A DNA stretch of 64,000 nt from an uncultured Verrucomicrobiae bacterium (GTDB taxonomy: Bacteria; Verrucomicrobiota; Verrucomicrobiia; Chthoniobacterales; JAFAMB01). Below, one piece after another: positions 1 through 9,690 of the stretch. The notes under the pieces were generated by a model, which saw only the letters and a program-made list of their open reading frames with translations, did not search any database and was not told the origin of the DNA. Made by a program: the position numbers and the translations under genes. The stretch covers positions 448,001 through 512,000 of the forward strand of contig CAVXLD010000007.1 of assembly GCA_963762565.1 (NCBI GenBank), written 5' to 3'. Position 1 is the stretch's first letter, and every line of letters starts with the position of its first letter.

Positions 1-806
1 ACCACTCCTTCATCGACCTCGACAGCCACACCGATATCGATTGATTTGGGGAGCACCAATTGGTCTCCGATGATGCGCGCGGCTAATTTGGGGTTTTCCG
101 CGAGAGCGACAGCGATCGCTTTGGCGACGTACAGTGCGGGACCGGGCGGGACGCTAAACTGTTTGCGGTGCGCGAGGATTGCCTCGAGGGAAAAAGCGAC
201 TCCGATGGTGCAAAGAGGCCGGCTCCAGCTGCGGCGCATCGCGTCTGAGATCGCTAAACGCAGGCCGGTTGCCTTTTGAGTAGGGTGCTCTTCAAGCTCA
301 GCCAGATACTTCTCCACGTCATTTGCTGTCACCCGGCCGTTTTTGCCGGTTCCCGGAACCAAAGACAGATCCTGTTGTTGCCAGCCGAGCTGATCAGCCG
401 TTGAACGGACTCGCGGTGAAACAAAGGGGCCGCCGCTTTTCGCCGGCATCATCGGGATGGTAATGGTCGGCATGGCCGGCGGCGTACCCTGGTGCGCATC
501 GAATGTTGCCGGCATCTCCGAAGGCGCCTCACTCACTGATGCCCCAAGGCGTTCGGCGTCTTCCTCGGAAGCTTCAATATATCCGAGAATCGTGCCGTTT
601 GCATAAGTCTGGTTCACTTCCGCGGTGAACTCCGCGATCACGCCGTTACACGGGGTGGTAACACCCATAACGGCTTTATTGGTTTCGACTTCGATAATTT
701 CCTGGTCGCTGGTAACCGCCTCTCCTGCCTGCACATTAAAACGGAGGACGGTAGCCTCGGCGACAGACTCACCAAGCTGCGGCATGATGATCGGGACTTT
801 GGGCAT
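1..806 (-). CDS. 2-oxoacid dehydrogenase E2 dihydrolipoamide acyltransferase (partial, runs off window start)
   Basis: Read manually: ATG at 806, MPKVPIIMPQLGESVAEATV..., lipoyl motif EVETNKAV, E3-binding motif VPGTGKNGRVTANDV; downstream of E1 alpha and beta. Confidence 0.9.
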   Translation of the reverse strand, partial: MPKVPIIMPQLGESVAEATVLRFNVQAGEAVTSDQEIIEVETNKAVMGVTTPCNGVIAEFTAEVNQTYANGTILGYIEASEEDAERLGASVSEAPSEMPATFDAHQGTPPAMPTITIPMMPAKSGGPFVSPRVRSTADQLGWQQQDLSLVPGTGKNGRVTANDVEKYLAELEEHPTQKATGLRLAISDAMRRSWSRPLCTIGVAFSLEAILAHRKQFSVPPGPALYVAKAIAVALAENPKLAARIIGDQLVLPKSIDIGVAVEVDEGV

Positions 807-860
807 ATAGATTAAAACGTATCGGCGTGTCGGTCTTTGGAGATATCGGCGTAAGAAAAG

Positions 861-1829
861 TTACCACTCTAACATTTGTCGAACCTTCTTTACTATCGTG
901 GCGGTAGAAGGTCGATGAGCCAGCCATAGATCCGGGTGATACGGAATCGGCGTGTCTCGGCAATTCAATCGTTCTGGAGGCGAGTCGAGTAAATGAAATC
1001 CTTTGCTGGCGACGCGAGCGATGAGCTCTGCATTAACTCCTCCCCACGGCCAGCCTTCGCTCACGCTAAGGAGATGACCTGTCCGGGCCACCGATTGCAG
1101 AATTGTCTCGGTGTCGAGCGGTTTGACGGTTCTTAGATCAATGACCTCGATATCGATTCCCACTTTTTCGAGTTCGGCGGCCGCCGCCAAGGAGTCGTAC
1201 AGAGTGGCAGAATAAGAGACTACGGTGAGATCTTTTCCAGGACGGCGGCATAGAGCTTTGCCGGCAGAGAACGAAACTTCTTCCGGAAGCCGCTCTGCCT
1301 TGACCCGGTTGTAGAGGAATTTGTGTTCGCAGTACAGGACCGGGTCATCGAGGGCGATAGCCTCAAGCAACAAGTTATAGGCATCCTCGACGGTCGCCGG
1401 CGTCATAATAATCAACCCGGGGAAATGGGCATACAATGATTCCAGGGACTGGCTATGGAACGGCCCGGCTCCCGGATTACCTCCGTTTGGAAGGCGGATC
1501 GTGATCGGCAAGGAAACGCCAGTCCGATAGAAATAGGCGCCCGCCTGGTTGACGATCTGGTTAAAGCCGTTTGCCGAGAAATCAGCGAACTGCATTTCCA
1601 CAATGGGGCGCATCCCTTCCAGGCTCGCACCGATCGCGCTGCCGACCATGGCATCCTCGCTGATAGGCGAATCCAAGACTCGCCCGGGGAACTCTCTTGC
1701 CAAATTCTTAGTGGCCTTGAAAGCTCCGCCGTAGGGGCCCACATCCTGTCCGTAGATGTATACGTTCGGATTTTCGCGTAGGGCCTTGGCTTGAGCTTCC
1801 CGAATTGCTTCGAGATAAGTGATGCTCAT
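861..1829 (-). CDS. 2-oxoacid dehydrogenase E1 beta subunit
   Basis: MSITYLEAIREA...GQDVG.YGG.F, DSPISE, EMQFADF, GPFHSQ, IDLRTVKPLD; start moved to ATG 1829, which overlaps the E1 alpha stop. Confidence 0.95.
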   Translation of the reverse strand: MSITYLEAIREAQAKALRENPNVYIYGQDVGPYGGAFKATKNLAREFPGRVLDSPISEDAMVGSAIGASLEGMRPIVEMQFADFSANGFNQIVNQAGAYFYRTGVSLPITIRLPNGGNPGAGPFHSQSLESLYAHFPGLIIMTPATVEDAYNLLLEAIALDDPVLYCEHKFLYNRVKAERLPEEVSFSAGKALCRRPGKDLTVVSYSATLYDSLAAAAELEKVGIDIEVIDLRTVKPLDTETILQSVARTGHLLSVSEGWPWGGVNAELIARVASKGFHLLDSPPERLNCRDTPIPYHPDLWLAHRPSTATIVKKVRQMLEW

Positions 1830-2860
1830 TCTGCGTACTCTTGGTCGATTAAGTGAGTGGACGCTAACGAGTGCCAATCTTCTTCCGCAGGATCTGGAGC
1901 TGGTTCGCGTTGTACCTGTTGAAGCGTGTCTTCCACTTGGGCTTTGGCTTGCTGCCGCCACTCTTGTAGCGTGACTTCGTCGGCCCAACCCTGTTCCACA
2001 ACGAAGGCTTGGGCCACCCCGACACAATCACGGCCCTCTGGACTAGCCAAGAGATCTTTGTCCATATAAAAACCATCATCGTGCTCAGCGTGGCCGGAGA
2101 GGCGAACATTTGTGGCTACGACCATCTGGACGCCGAATCCCGAGCGAGCACGTTCGACGGCATGACTAGCGACTTCGAGGCACTCTTTGAGGTCCGTACC
2201 ATCCATGCTGTAACCTTCAACGCCATAACCGATGGCTCGATCCACCAAATCATGACAGGCAAACTGGCGATCGTTAGGCGTTGAATAGGCGTAATGGTTG
2301 TTGGTCACCGTCATCACCAGGGGCACGCGTTCGACAGCCGCCTGGTTAAGTCCTTCGTGAAAAGAGCCGGTCGAACTACCCCCGTCGCCGATGGACGTGG
2401 CGCCGACAAAGCCTGTCTCACCTCGCATTCGTCGCGCCATTAAAGCGCCCGTTACCAGGGATACGGAAGCGCCGAGATGGCTAACCATGGGGTAGGTCCG
2501 TTCTCTGGGGCGTCCTTGGTGGACATTACCATCCCGGCCTCGCATCGGTCCGGTTTTCTTGCCCAGATAGGTTCGCAGAATATCGAAGAGAGACTCGCCA
2601 AAAGCGAGCCGGCCGGCTTGGTCTCGAATCAAAGGAGCAAAAGTATCGCCGGGTCGCAGATTCACCCCAACTGCCGCACTCACTGCCTCTTGACCTCTGC
2701 CCAGATAGCAGCCCCCAGCGATTTTCCCGGCGTGCCACAGAGCAGCCACTTTGTCTTCCACAGTTCGTGCCAGCAGCATCCATTTGAATGCGCTGACGTA
2801 TTGCTCCTTGAACCCTAAACGGATGGTTTCACTCTCGAGTTCCCTGAGGGTGTTCAGCAT
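1826..2860 (-). CDS. 2-oxoacid dehydrogenase E1 alpha subunit (TPP-dependent)
   Basis: GQEA, TPP-binding GDG...NN motif (IGDGGSS...TNNHYAYST), RLSGHAEHD. Confidence 0.95.
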   Translation of the reverse strand: MLNTLRELESETIRLGFKEQYVSAFKWMLLARTVEDKVAALWHAGKIAGGCYLGRGQEAVSAAVGVNLRPGDTFAPLIRDQAGRLAFGESLFDILRTYLGKKTGPMRGRDGNVHQGRPRERTYPMVSHLGASVSLVTGALMARRMRGETGFVGATSIGDGGSSTGSFHEGLNQAAVERVPLVMTVTNNHYAYSTPNDRQFACHDLVDRAIGYGVEGYSMDGTDLKECLEVASHAVERARSGFGVQMVVATNVRLSGHAEHDDGFYMDKDLLASPEGRDCVGVAQAFVVEQGWADEVTLQEWRQQAKAQVEDTLQQVQREPAPDPAEEDWHSLASTHLIDQEYAE

Positions 2861-2904
2861 CAGGAACGAATATCAGCATAATGGTAAATCATGCAAGGTT
2901 TTCG

Positions 2905-3200
2905 GTTTGGTGTTGGCGTTCGGCGTTTTGCGTTTTGCGCTCGGCGTTCGGCGTTCGGCGTGTTGGCGTTTGGCGAAGCGCTCCGTAGGAGGAGAATATT
3001 TGTAGCTATGCCACGACGATCCGTAATGAGCTCCGTCAGGAGCGGCATACGGTTCAAGCGTCCTCATAAGCCTTGAACGCTTTGAGACGCGCCAGATGTC
3101 GCTCCCTCGGAGCAGTTCGTCATCATGGACATCGAAGGCTACAAATATTCCCTCCCATGGAGCTGCTTACCCGACACGCCGAACGCCGAACGCCAAACGC
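2905..3200. repeat. Palindromic intergenic repeat: GGCGTTY heptamer array and inverse GAACGCC array enclosing GCTCCGTAGGAG...AATATTTGTAGC / GCTACAAATATT...CCATGGAGC arms
   Basis: Tandem ggcgttc at 2905-2975, gaacgcc at 3175-3200; inner inverted repeats at about 2980-3006 and 3139-3163. Confidence 0.75.
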
Positions 3201-3351
3201 TCCCTGGCACGATTGGCGCTGCAAAAACGCTACTGATGCCAGCAATGAACAGAGCTGCAACCCAGTATCCGAGCCATTCGTTGACTACTGGATTGATAGC
3301 CGGCTCGGACCTGGGTATAGTCTGTATCAGCGGAGTGATTAAGAAGTACAA

Positions 3352-5025
3352 ATGAACGAAGAACGAGCACCCGAGTACGGTGGTTACAGTTCCGAGCCCG
3401 CAACTCCTCTCGAGATCTTAGAGAGAATCGTAGCAAGTCTTCCACCCGGTGACCCAACACGCAGCGAGATAATCGGCCTGAGGTCGAGCGTGGCGGAACA
3501 GGAAGAAGTGATTCAAGAGGCGCGGCAAACGATAGAAAAACTGGACGAAGTGATCAAAAAAGTCACTTCGCCGGCGAATCGGATCGGAACTTACCTTGGT
3601 AGCCCCAACAAAGAAACTGCCCAGATCGTCGTAGGTGGTTCCGATTACTATTGCAACGTCGATCCCCGGATCAACATCAACAAGTTAAAGAAAGGGACCC
3701 GCGTCTTGGTGAACGAGGCGTACGTCATCGTCGGAGACCTCGGATACGATCTTGCTGGGCCTGTCACCAAGGTCACGGAAATTCTTAGCAGTGATCGCTT
3801 GCGGGTAGGCCAAGAGCATGGCGTCCAGTCCATTGTGCTGCAGCGGTCTCAGGACCTCCTCAAAACCAATCTCAAAGTTGGCGATGAGGTAAGAGTGGAC
3901 TCGAACTTTAGGATTGCGATCGAGGTTTTAAGCCGGCCGACTACTCAGGATTACTACTTAGAGGCAGTACCGGAGATTTCTTGGAGTATGGTGGGAGGTC
4001 AGGAAGAAGCGCTCAGTGCGATCAAGGACGCGATCGAGTTGCCGCTATTGCATGCGGATCTCTTCTCCAAGTTCCAGCATCAAACTCCAAAGGGATTTCT
4101 GCTTTATGGACCGCCGGGGTGCGGAAAAACGCTGCTGGGGAAAGCGACAGCCTACAACCTGACAAAACAGCTCAAGGAAAAAACGGGCGAAGACATGCAG
4201 CAGTTCTTCATGCACATCAAAGGGCCGGAGATTCTGAATATGTGGGTGGGAGAATCGGAACGTCAGGTGCGCGAGATCTTCAATACGGCCAGGGAAAAGC
4301 GGAAAGAAGGCTTTATGCCGTTCATCTTTATCGACGAAGCCGAGAGTATTCTGGGTACGCGTCGAGCCGGCCGGTACTCGAGTATCCTCTCAACCTTGGT
4401 GCCGATGTTTTGCACCGAGATGGACGGGATCGAATCCTTAAACGAAGTGGTGATTATCTTGGCTTCGAACCGAGCGGATTTGATCGACCCGGCGATTCTG
4501 CGCCCAGGTCGAATCGATCGAAAGATAAAGGTGAGCCGGCCAGATCGAGCGTCCGCTTACGACATCTACAAGATCTATCTCACTGAAGATTTACCTTATG
4601 ATCCGGAGCTGGTAGAACAGAAGGGCGAGATCGAGGTGGTGGTCGACTATCTAGTCACGAAAGTGGTCGACGCTCAGTTCGCCAGAAAAGAAGAGAACCG
4701 GTTCTTGGAAATCACGCTAAGAAGTGGAAAGCGAGAGACGCTGTATAGGGGAGACCTGGTTAGCGGCGCCATTATCGCATCGGTGGTGGAGCGAGCGAAG
4801 GAACTCGCCATCAAGCGTGCCATCAATACGATGCAAGAAGAAGGGATCAGTGAATCCGATCTGTTACTCTCGCTGAACACCGAGTATGCAGAGAACGATA
4901 TCTTTCCGCCTACCGATATCGTGGAAGACTGGTTGAAACTAATTGATTACGATTCCGAGAACGTGGTGAAGGTAGTGCCAGTTCGATCAGGACCAAAGAC
5001 GTCGAAAACTTCCGATGTTATTTAG
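3352..5025 (+). CDS. arc: Proteasome-associated AAA ATPase (ARC/Mpa family)
   Basis: N-terminal coiled coil followed by OB-like region, Walker A GPPGCGKT, IKGPEILNMWVGESERQVR, Walker B FIFIDE, SNRADLIDPAILRPGRIDRKI; adjacent to dop. Confidence 0.9.
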   Translation: MNEERAPEYGGYSSEPATPLEILERIVASLPPGDPTRSEIIGLRSSVAEQEEVIQEARQTIEKLDEVIKKVTSPANRIGTYLGSPNKETAQIVVGGSDYYCNVDPRININKLKKGTRVLVNEAYVIVGDLGYDLAGPVTKVTEILSSDRLRVGQEHGVQSIVLQRSQDLLKTNLKVGDEVRVDSNFRIAIEVLSRPTTQDYYLEAVPEISWSMVGGQEEALSAIKDAIELPLLHADLFSKFQHQTPKGFLLYGPPGCGKTLLGKATAYNLTKQLKEKTGEDMQQFFMHIKGPEILNMWVGESERQVREIFNTAREKRKEGFMPFIFIDEAESILGTRRAGRYSSILSTLVPMFCTEMDGIESLNEVVIILASNRADLIDPAILRPGRIDRKIKVSRPDRASAYDIYKIYLTEDLPYDPELVEQKGEIEVVVDYLVTKVVDAQFARKEENRFLEITLRSGKRETLYRGDLVSGAIIASVVERAKELAIKRAINTMQEEGISESDLLLSLNTEYAENDIFPPTDIVEDWLKLIDYDSENVVKVVPVRSGPKTSKTSDVI

Positions 5026-5059
5026 GGTCCAGTTCGCCACGGCGTAGAGCACATTCGAG

Positions 5060-6589
5060 ATGAATCGCGTTTTTGGTATCGAAACCGAATACGGCATTAC
5101 TGTAAACGGAGTCGAGAATGTCGACGTAGTTGCCGAGTCCATCGAGCTAGTGCGCTGCTATACCGAGCACGGCGCGTTAATGAAATGGGACTACAACTTA
5201 GAAGACCCGCATTTAGACGCGCGTGGATTCCGGGCGGACTCGTTAATGCAAGACACGGACGAGTCGGTTTACTATGAGCTGGATAAGAACCGGCCGCTTA
5301 GTTACGAGGAGATAAAGAGCGACCTGGTTCTAAGCAACGGAGCGCGTTTCTACAATGATCACGCTCATCCGGAATATTCGACTCCTGAATGCACACTGCT
5401 GGAGGACGTGGTTGCTCAAGACAAAGCCGGAGAGCGCATTCTAGCAGAATGCGTGCGCCGTCGTAACCGTAAGATCGCCCCGGAACGGGAAGTCCGGCTT
5501 TACAAGAATAACACCGATTTCGTGGGCCATAGCTATGGTTGTCATGACAACTACATCATGAGCCGTACTGTCCCGTGGGATCGCTTGGTGTCGGATGTCG
5601 TTCCATTCCTGGTTACTCGACAGATCTTTACGGGCGCGGGCAAACTTGGGATCGAGGGAGAGGGATCGGCGGGGCAACCCGGAGTCTTTCAGATTTCACA
5701 ACGAGCCGATTTTTTCAGCGTGTTGGTAAGTATCGACACGATGAACCGGCGACCCATCGTGAATACCCGGGACGAGCCCCACGCGGACCCGGGGAAATAT
5801 CGGCGCTTCCACGTGATCTTGGGCGACTCAAACATGAGCGAGTTCACGACCGCGATGAAGATCGGAACGATGTCGCTGGTGCTCGAGCTCATCGAGAAAC
5901 GAGAAGCACCGCAACTTGAAGTAGCGCAACCGATCGACGCCACTAAATCAATCAGCCGGGACCAGACTTTCAATTGGATAATCGAGTTGAAAGATGGCCG
6001 CAAGATTTCTGCCGTGGACGTTCAGCGGATGTATTTGGCTAAAGCGCTCAAGTATTGTGATCGATCGCAACCAGAGGTGAATTGGTTGCTGGTGGAGTGG
6101 GAAAATCTGCTGAACGATCTAGATGTCGACGCCATGCGGTGCGCTGATCGGGTCGATTGGGCCGCCAAGAAATATCTGCTGAACGCCTTCCAAGAGAGTG
6201 AGAATCTGGATTGGTCCGATCCGTGGCTACAATCGATCGATCTCGAATACCACAACATTACTTGGGAACAGGGGTTGCACTTTGAGCTGGTCAGGCAAGG
6301 CCGCATGCGCCGGCTGCTGACAGAAGACGCAATCAAGAACGCGATCTTTGGTCCTCCCGAGACGACTCGGGCCTTCTTCCGAGGCCGGGCCGTGGCGCGT
6401 TTCACTTCACAGATCCAGACGATTCATTGGGATGAAGTTGTGTTTGGTCATGACTCCACTCAAACGCGAGTGGCTTTCAATCACGCTTCAGAAGATGAAC
6501 GGCTGTACCAGCTGAACGAGATCATGCGAAACGCAACCACCTATGATGATCTGATCTATCGGATCCATAAGTTGGACCAAGGCGAGTAG
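5060..6589 (+). CDS. dop: Pup/UBact deamidase-depupylase (Dop; PafA/Dop family)
   Basis: GIETEYG, Dop-loop WDY..E.P..DARGF, NGARFYNDHAHPEYSTPE, YKNNTD...SYGCHDNY, SQRADF, RFHVILGDSN. Confidence 0.88.
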   Translation: MNRVFGIETEYGITVNGVENVDVVAESIELVRCYTEHGALMKWDYNLEDPHLDARGFRADSLMQDTDESVYYELDKNRPLSYEEIKSDLVLSNGARFYNDHAHPEYSTPECTLLEDVVAQDKAGERILAECVRRRNRKIAPEREVRLYKNNTDFVGHSYGCHDNYIMSRTVPWDRLVSDVVPFLVTRQIFTGAGKLGIEGEGSAGQPGVFQISQRADFFSVLVSIDTMNRRPIVNTRDEPHADPGKYRRFHVILGDSNMSEFTTAMKIGTMSLVLELIEKREAPQLEVAQPIDATKSISRDQTFNWIIELKDGRKISAVDVQRMYLAKALKYCDRSQPEVNWLLVEWENLLNDLDVDAMRCADRVDWAAKKYLLNAFQESENLDWSDPWLQSIDLEYHNITWEQGLHFELVRQGRMRRLLTEDAIKNAIFGPPETTRAFFRGRAVARFTSQIQTIHWDEVVFGHDSTQTRVAFNHASEDERLYQLNEIMRNATTYDDLIYRIHKLDQGE

Positions 6590-6669
6590 GCACAGAATGT
6601 GAGACGTGAGAAGTGATTGGTGAGAGGTGATTGGTAGAGTCGGCATGACGCCGATTGGCCCCTGATCAA

Positions 6670-6782
6670 GGGAGGGCGCGCGTTCTCGCGCGCCGCGAGG
6701 ACCTTCCCGACATAAAGATGTGTCCAGGTCTTCGGTAGTCAGACGCGTCTAACTCCGACGGATCGCGGGAAGCGAGCCTCCC
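6670..6782. repeat. REPIN-like palindromic element (GGGAGGG...CCTCCC family)
   Basis: Two GC hairpins with gggagggcgcgcg / gcgagcctccc ends; related copy at 11889-12007. Confidence 0.6.
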
Positions 6783-6800
6783 GTGTTTTGTTTCTTTCTC

Positions 6801-6829
6801 GGAAACCTCTACGTCCTGTCAGAGTTTAA
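6801..6829 (+). promoter_or_regulatory. Possible ECF-sigma promoter GGAAAC-N17-GTTTAA
   Basis: Motif spacing resembles ECF promoters; just upstream of GAGGTG RBS and ATG 6838. Confidence 0.25.
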
Positions 6830-6837
6830 TGAGGTGT

Positions 6838-7182
6838 ATGCGTGAGATCTTTACCAATCACCTCAAAAAATCAGGGATCAACCGGCTGGTCTGTGGCGGT
6901 TTGGCATCTTTGATGTTAGCAGGCGGTCTGGCACTCCAGCCAGCCGCAGTCGGCCAAGTTGTTATTAGCATAGCTCCCCCAGCTCCGATTGTTGAGACGA
7001 TTCCTCCGTCGCCGGGACCTACGTGGGTTTGGGTCCCCGGTTTCCATGAGTGGAGAGGCGGGCGTTATGTCTGGGTGAAGGGCCGTTACGCTCACCCGCC
7101 GCACCCTGGGCAGGTTTGGGTCGCTGGCCATTACGATAAGCATGGCAGAGGCTGGGTTTACGTAAACGGCCACTGGCGTTAA
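6838..7182 (+). CDS. YXWGXW-repeat secreted protein
   Basis: Signal-like N-terminus, APPAP..E.IPPSPGPTWVWVPGFHEW.GGRYVWVKG, VWVAGHY, WVYVNGHWR; GAGGTG RBS before ATG 6838 (track start 6829). Confidence 0.85.
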   Translation: MREIFTNHLKKSGINRLVCGGLASLMLAGGLALQPAAVGQVVISIAPPAPIVETIPPSPGPTWVWVPGFHEWRGGRYVWVKGRYAHPPHPGQVWVAGHYDKHGRGWVYVNGHWR

Positions 7183-7267
7183 TCGCCTCTGCAACGGGTC
7201 AGTAAGCCTGACCCTTTCACACCTTCTCTTAGCGTAGCGAAGGGAATCGTATTAGGTTTCCTTTGCT

Positions 7268-8539
7268 ATGTTGTCCCAGACCTCTCCGGGTTCAGGTGGC
7301 AACGACGCTTTCGCGCCGGCGACGCTGCCGTCTCGTTACAGTTCAGCCACCGTTGCAGGTTACAAGATTTTGTCGCCGCTTCCGGAACCAGGGGCGCAGG
7401 CTGACGTTTATGTTGGAGAGGATAATGATAAACAACGCTACGCCGTTAAGCTCTATCGCGGCTTAACAACTCCGTCGCCGGCTACTGCTCGAGCATTGGC
7501 TGAGTTATCCAGCCGCCGGCTTTTAGTGCCCCGTTTCCAAGGTGAGTGGGAAGGAAGGGCCGTCGAAGTTACCGAGTTCTTCCCGTTGGGTAACCTGGCA
7601 GACTTTATCAAGAGGAACGGGCCGTTGGACAAAGAACAGGCGTTGCGTTTGCTCCGTCAGGTGACTGATGGACTGGAGCAACTTCATGGAGCCGGAATCC
7701 AGCACCGCGACCTCAAGCCCACAAACATTTTAGTCCGGTCAGAACGGCCGCTTGACTTAGTTCTCGCCGATTTCGGCCTGGCATCAGTTACGGATACTAC
7801 GGTGCTGACGCAGCCCCGCGGCACTCTGTTCTATTCGGCGCCGGAGACGTTAACGGGTATGTATTCAAAAGCCAGCGACTACTGGTCGCTCGGCATCGTC
7901 TTGATCGAAGCGTTAACCGGAGACTCTATCGCGGCTATACTGCGACATGATGCGCTGCTCCCGTATCGGATTGTGCAAGGCAAGGTGCCGGTTCCATCGG
8001 AGATTCCCAAAGGTTGGCGGCCGTTGTTAACCGGACTACTTGAGCGAGACCATTATCGTAGGTGGCAAGCTCGCCAGGTTCGTCTCTGGCTCGATCGTGA
8101 GAGCCAGAAGGTGGGTGTCGCTGCTGAAAAGAAGGCCAGACCGCTTCTCATCGCCTCCCTGGCCCTGGCTCTGGCATTGACAATTGGCGCTGGCCTTTGC
8201 TTTGACCCCGGCGGGCCGGTTCGCAGCGAAATTTTTGGAAATGCTTTAGGCCAAGCCGAAGATGCTAAGCCACACTCGGTTGTGCCCAATCCAATTGGCG
8301 CTTTGCCTAGGAATGGAGCAGCCGCCGCTCGATTGGAGAGTAATACGCGTTTTAGCTCGATTAATGTGTTTGCTTTGGCGGTCACAACCACGACGGCGCT
8401 GGCCTGGATTTTATCCGGGATCTTTCTGCTGATCGGGATTAGCCATGTGATCAGCGGCGCCCCGCACGGCGCCATTTCGGTTCTCCTCGGAATATCCCTC
8501 GCGGTTGGGGCGTATTTTTTGCCGAGGCTTTGGGGGTAG
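7268..8539 (+). CDS. Hanks-type Ser/Thr protein kinase with C-terminal membrane segments
   Basis: YAVKLY, HRDLKPTNIL, DFG, GTLFYSAPE, DYWSLG; about 3 hydrophobic helices at the C-terminus. Confidence 0.9.
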   Translation: MLSQTSPGSGGNDAFAPATLPSRYSSATVAGYKILSPLPEPGAQADVYVGEDNDKQRYAVKLYRGLTTPSPATARALAELSSRRLLVPRFQGEWEGRAVEVTEFFPLGNLADFIKRNGPLDKEQALRLLRQVTDGLEQLHGAGIQHRDLKPTNILVRSERPLDLVLADFGLASVTDTTVLTQPRGTLFYSAPETLTGMYSKASDYWSLGIVLIEALTGDSIAAILRHDALLPYRIVQGKVPVPSEIPKGWRPLLTGLLERDHYRRWQARQVRLWLDRESQKVGVAAEKKARPLLIASLALALALTIGAGLCFDPGGPVRSEIFGNALGQAEDAKPHSVVPNPIGALPRNGAAAARLESNTRFSSINVFALAVTTTTALAWILSGIFLLIGISHVISGAPHGAISVLLGISLAVGAYFLPRLWG

Positions 8540-8781
8540 GGGAAAGAAAGAATCGTTCTCGTTCTCGTCGCGTCGTCCTCGTCCTCGAAGTTTTGGGGAA
8601 TTTAAGCAATCCACTGCGATGGTCTAGCAATTCAACGCAATGCCTATCTCAAAACGCCGGGGAAAATCCGTGCTGTTCGAGGACGATTGACGACCAACTG
8701 AGATAAGGCTGTTAAGAGCGCAAAAAATAAAATACAAACCAGGCTGCTCCTTGGACTGGGTGAGTCCGGGGTTTGGCGGAT

Positions 8782-9384
8782 ATGGCGCAGAAACAAAACT
8801 TCACGTTCTTAGCAGATCATCTTTCCCTCGATTTCGTAGGTACTGAGTTCCAGCGGTCCGGAGAACATCAAGATCGATTAGAAACCTTTGACGATCTTCG
8901 TGATTGGCTGAAGCAGGCTGGGTTGCTTGGGTCTCCGGAAGCAGTCGCTCTGGTGAAACGCAGCTCTGCAAACACAAGTGAACGTGTCTTGAGCGCCGCC
9001 AGGGAATTGCGGAAGTCAATCCGGGCAGCAGCTGAAGCGATCATCGACGGTAAGCCGGTGGCGCCCGGATCAATACGCGCCATTAATAATCTCCTCTTAA
9101 AGAGGAATGGCCATTTTCAAATCGATCGACGTTCCGCCCGACTGGAAAGACGATTTGTCTCAGAAATGGGTGACCCTTTGGCCTTGCTAGCTCCGCTAGC
9201 CGAGTCTGCCGCAGATCTCCTTTGCGATGCGAATCCTGCGTTGATTCGGAAATGTGCTGACGAGAGCTGCGACCTGCTTTTCTACGATTCTACAAAGAAC
9301 CATCGGCGCCGCTGGTGTAGCATGAGCGCGTGCGGTAACCGAGCAAAGGTTGCTGCGCATCGCGCCCGGCAAAGGGTGGGGTAA
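8782..9384 (+). CDS. ABATE / CGNR zinc-finger protein
   Basis: LSLDFVGT N-terminal motif; C-terminal IRKC....C..LFYD.TKN..RRWCSM..CGNRAK. Confidence 0.9.
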   Translation: MAQKQNFTFLADHLSLDFVGTEFQRSGEHQDRLETFDDLRDWLKQAGLLGSPEAVALVKRSSANTSERVLSAARELRKSIRAAAEAIIDGKPVAPGSIRAINNLLLKRNGHFQIDRRSARLERRFVSEMGDPLALLAPLAESAADLLCDANPALIRKCADESCDLLFYDSTKNHRRRWCSMSACGNRAKVAAHRARQRVG

Positions 9385-9690
9385 AGCGAAACGGCGAGCG
9401 GGCGAAAGGGCGAGACGGCGAAGGGTCCGTTGAGTTTAGGCCCGTGGCTCGGCCACATGCGTCTTCGGCTTCGTGAGCGGATGGGACCTATGCGACTGAT
9501 AGGACTTATAGGTTGAGTGATCGGCGTTTCGCTCGCTCTTTCGCCCATTCGCTGGTGCGCCGGTGCGCCCTATCGCCGGTGCGCCCATTCGCCGGTGCGC
9601 CCATTCGCCGGTGCGCCCATTCGCCGGTGCGCCCATTCGCTGGTGCGCCCTATCGCCGGTGCGCCTTATCGCCCTTTCGCCGTTTCGCTC
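9385..9690. repeat. Inverted tandem arrays: GGCGAAA-type arm and about 8 copies of the 16-mer CGCCCATTCGCCGGTG
   Basis: Direct reading; perfect and near-perfect tandem 16-mers at 9542-9670 with no spacers. Confidence 0.85.

Noticed and set aside
3073..3460. Small ORFs upstream of arc as Pup/UBact candidates
   Set aside because: They translate repeat sequence (TPNAER) or are antisense, and none ends in G[EQ]
6575..6589. Dop C-terminus ...DQGE resembling a Pup/UBact G[EQ] tail
   Set aside because: Two-residue match, easily chance; no disordered Pup-like segment precedes it
9542..9670. 16-mer repeats as a CRISPR array
   Set aside because: Head-to-tail tandem copies without unique spacers; too short; no cas genes
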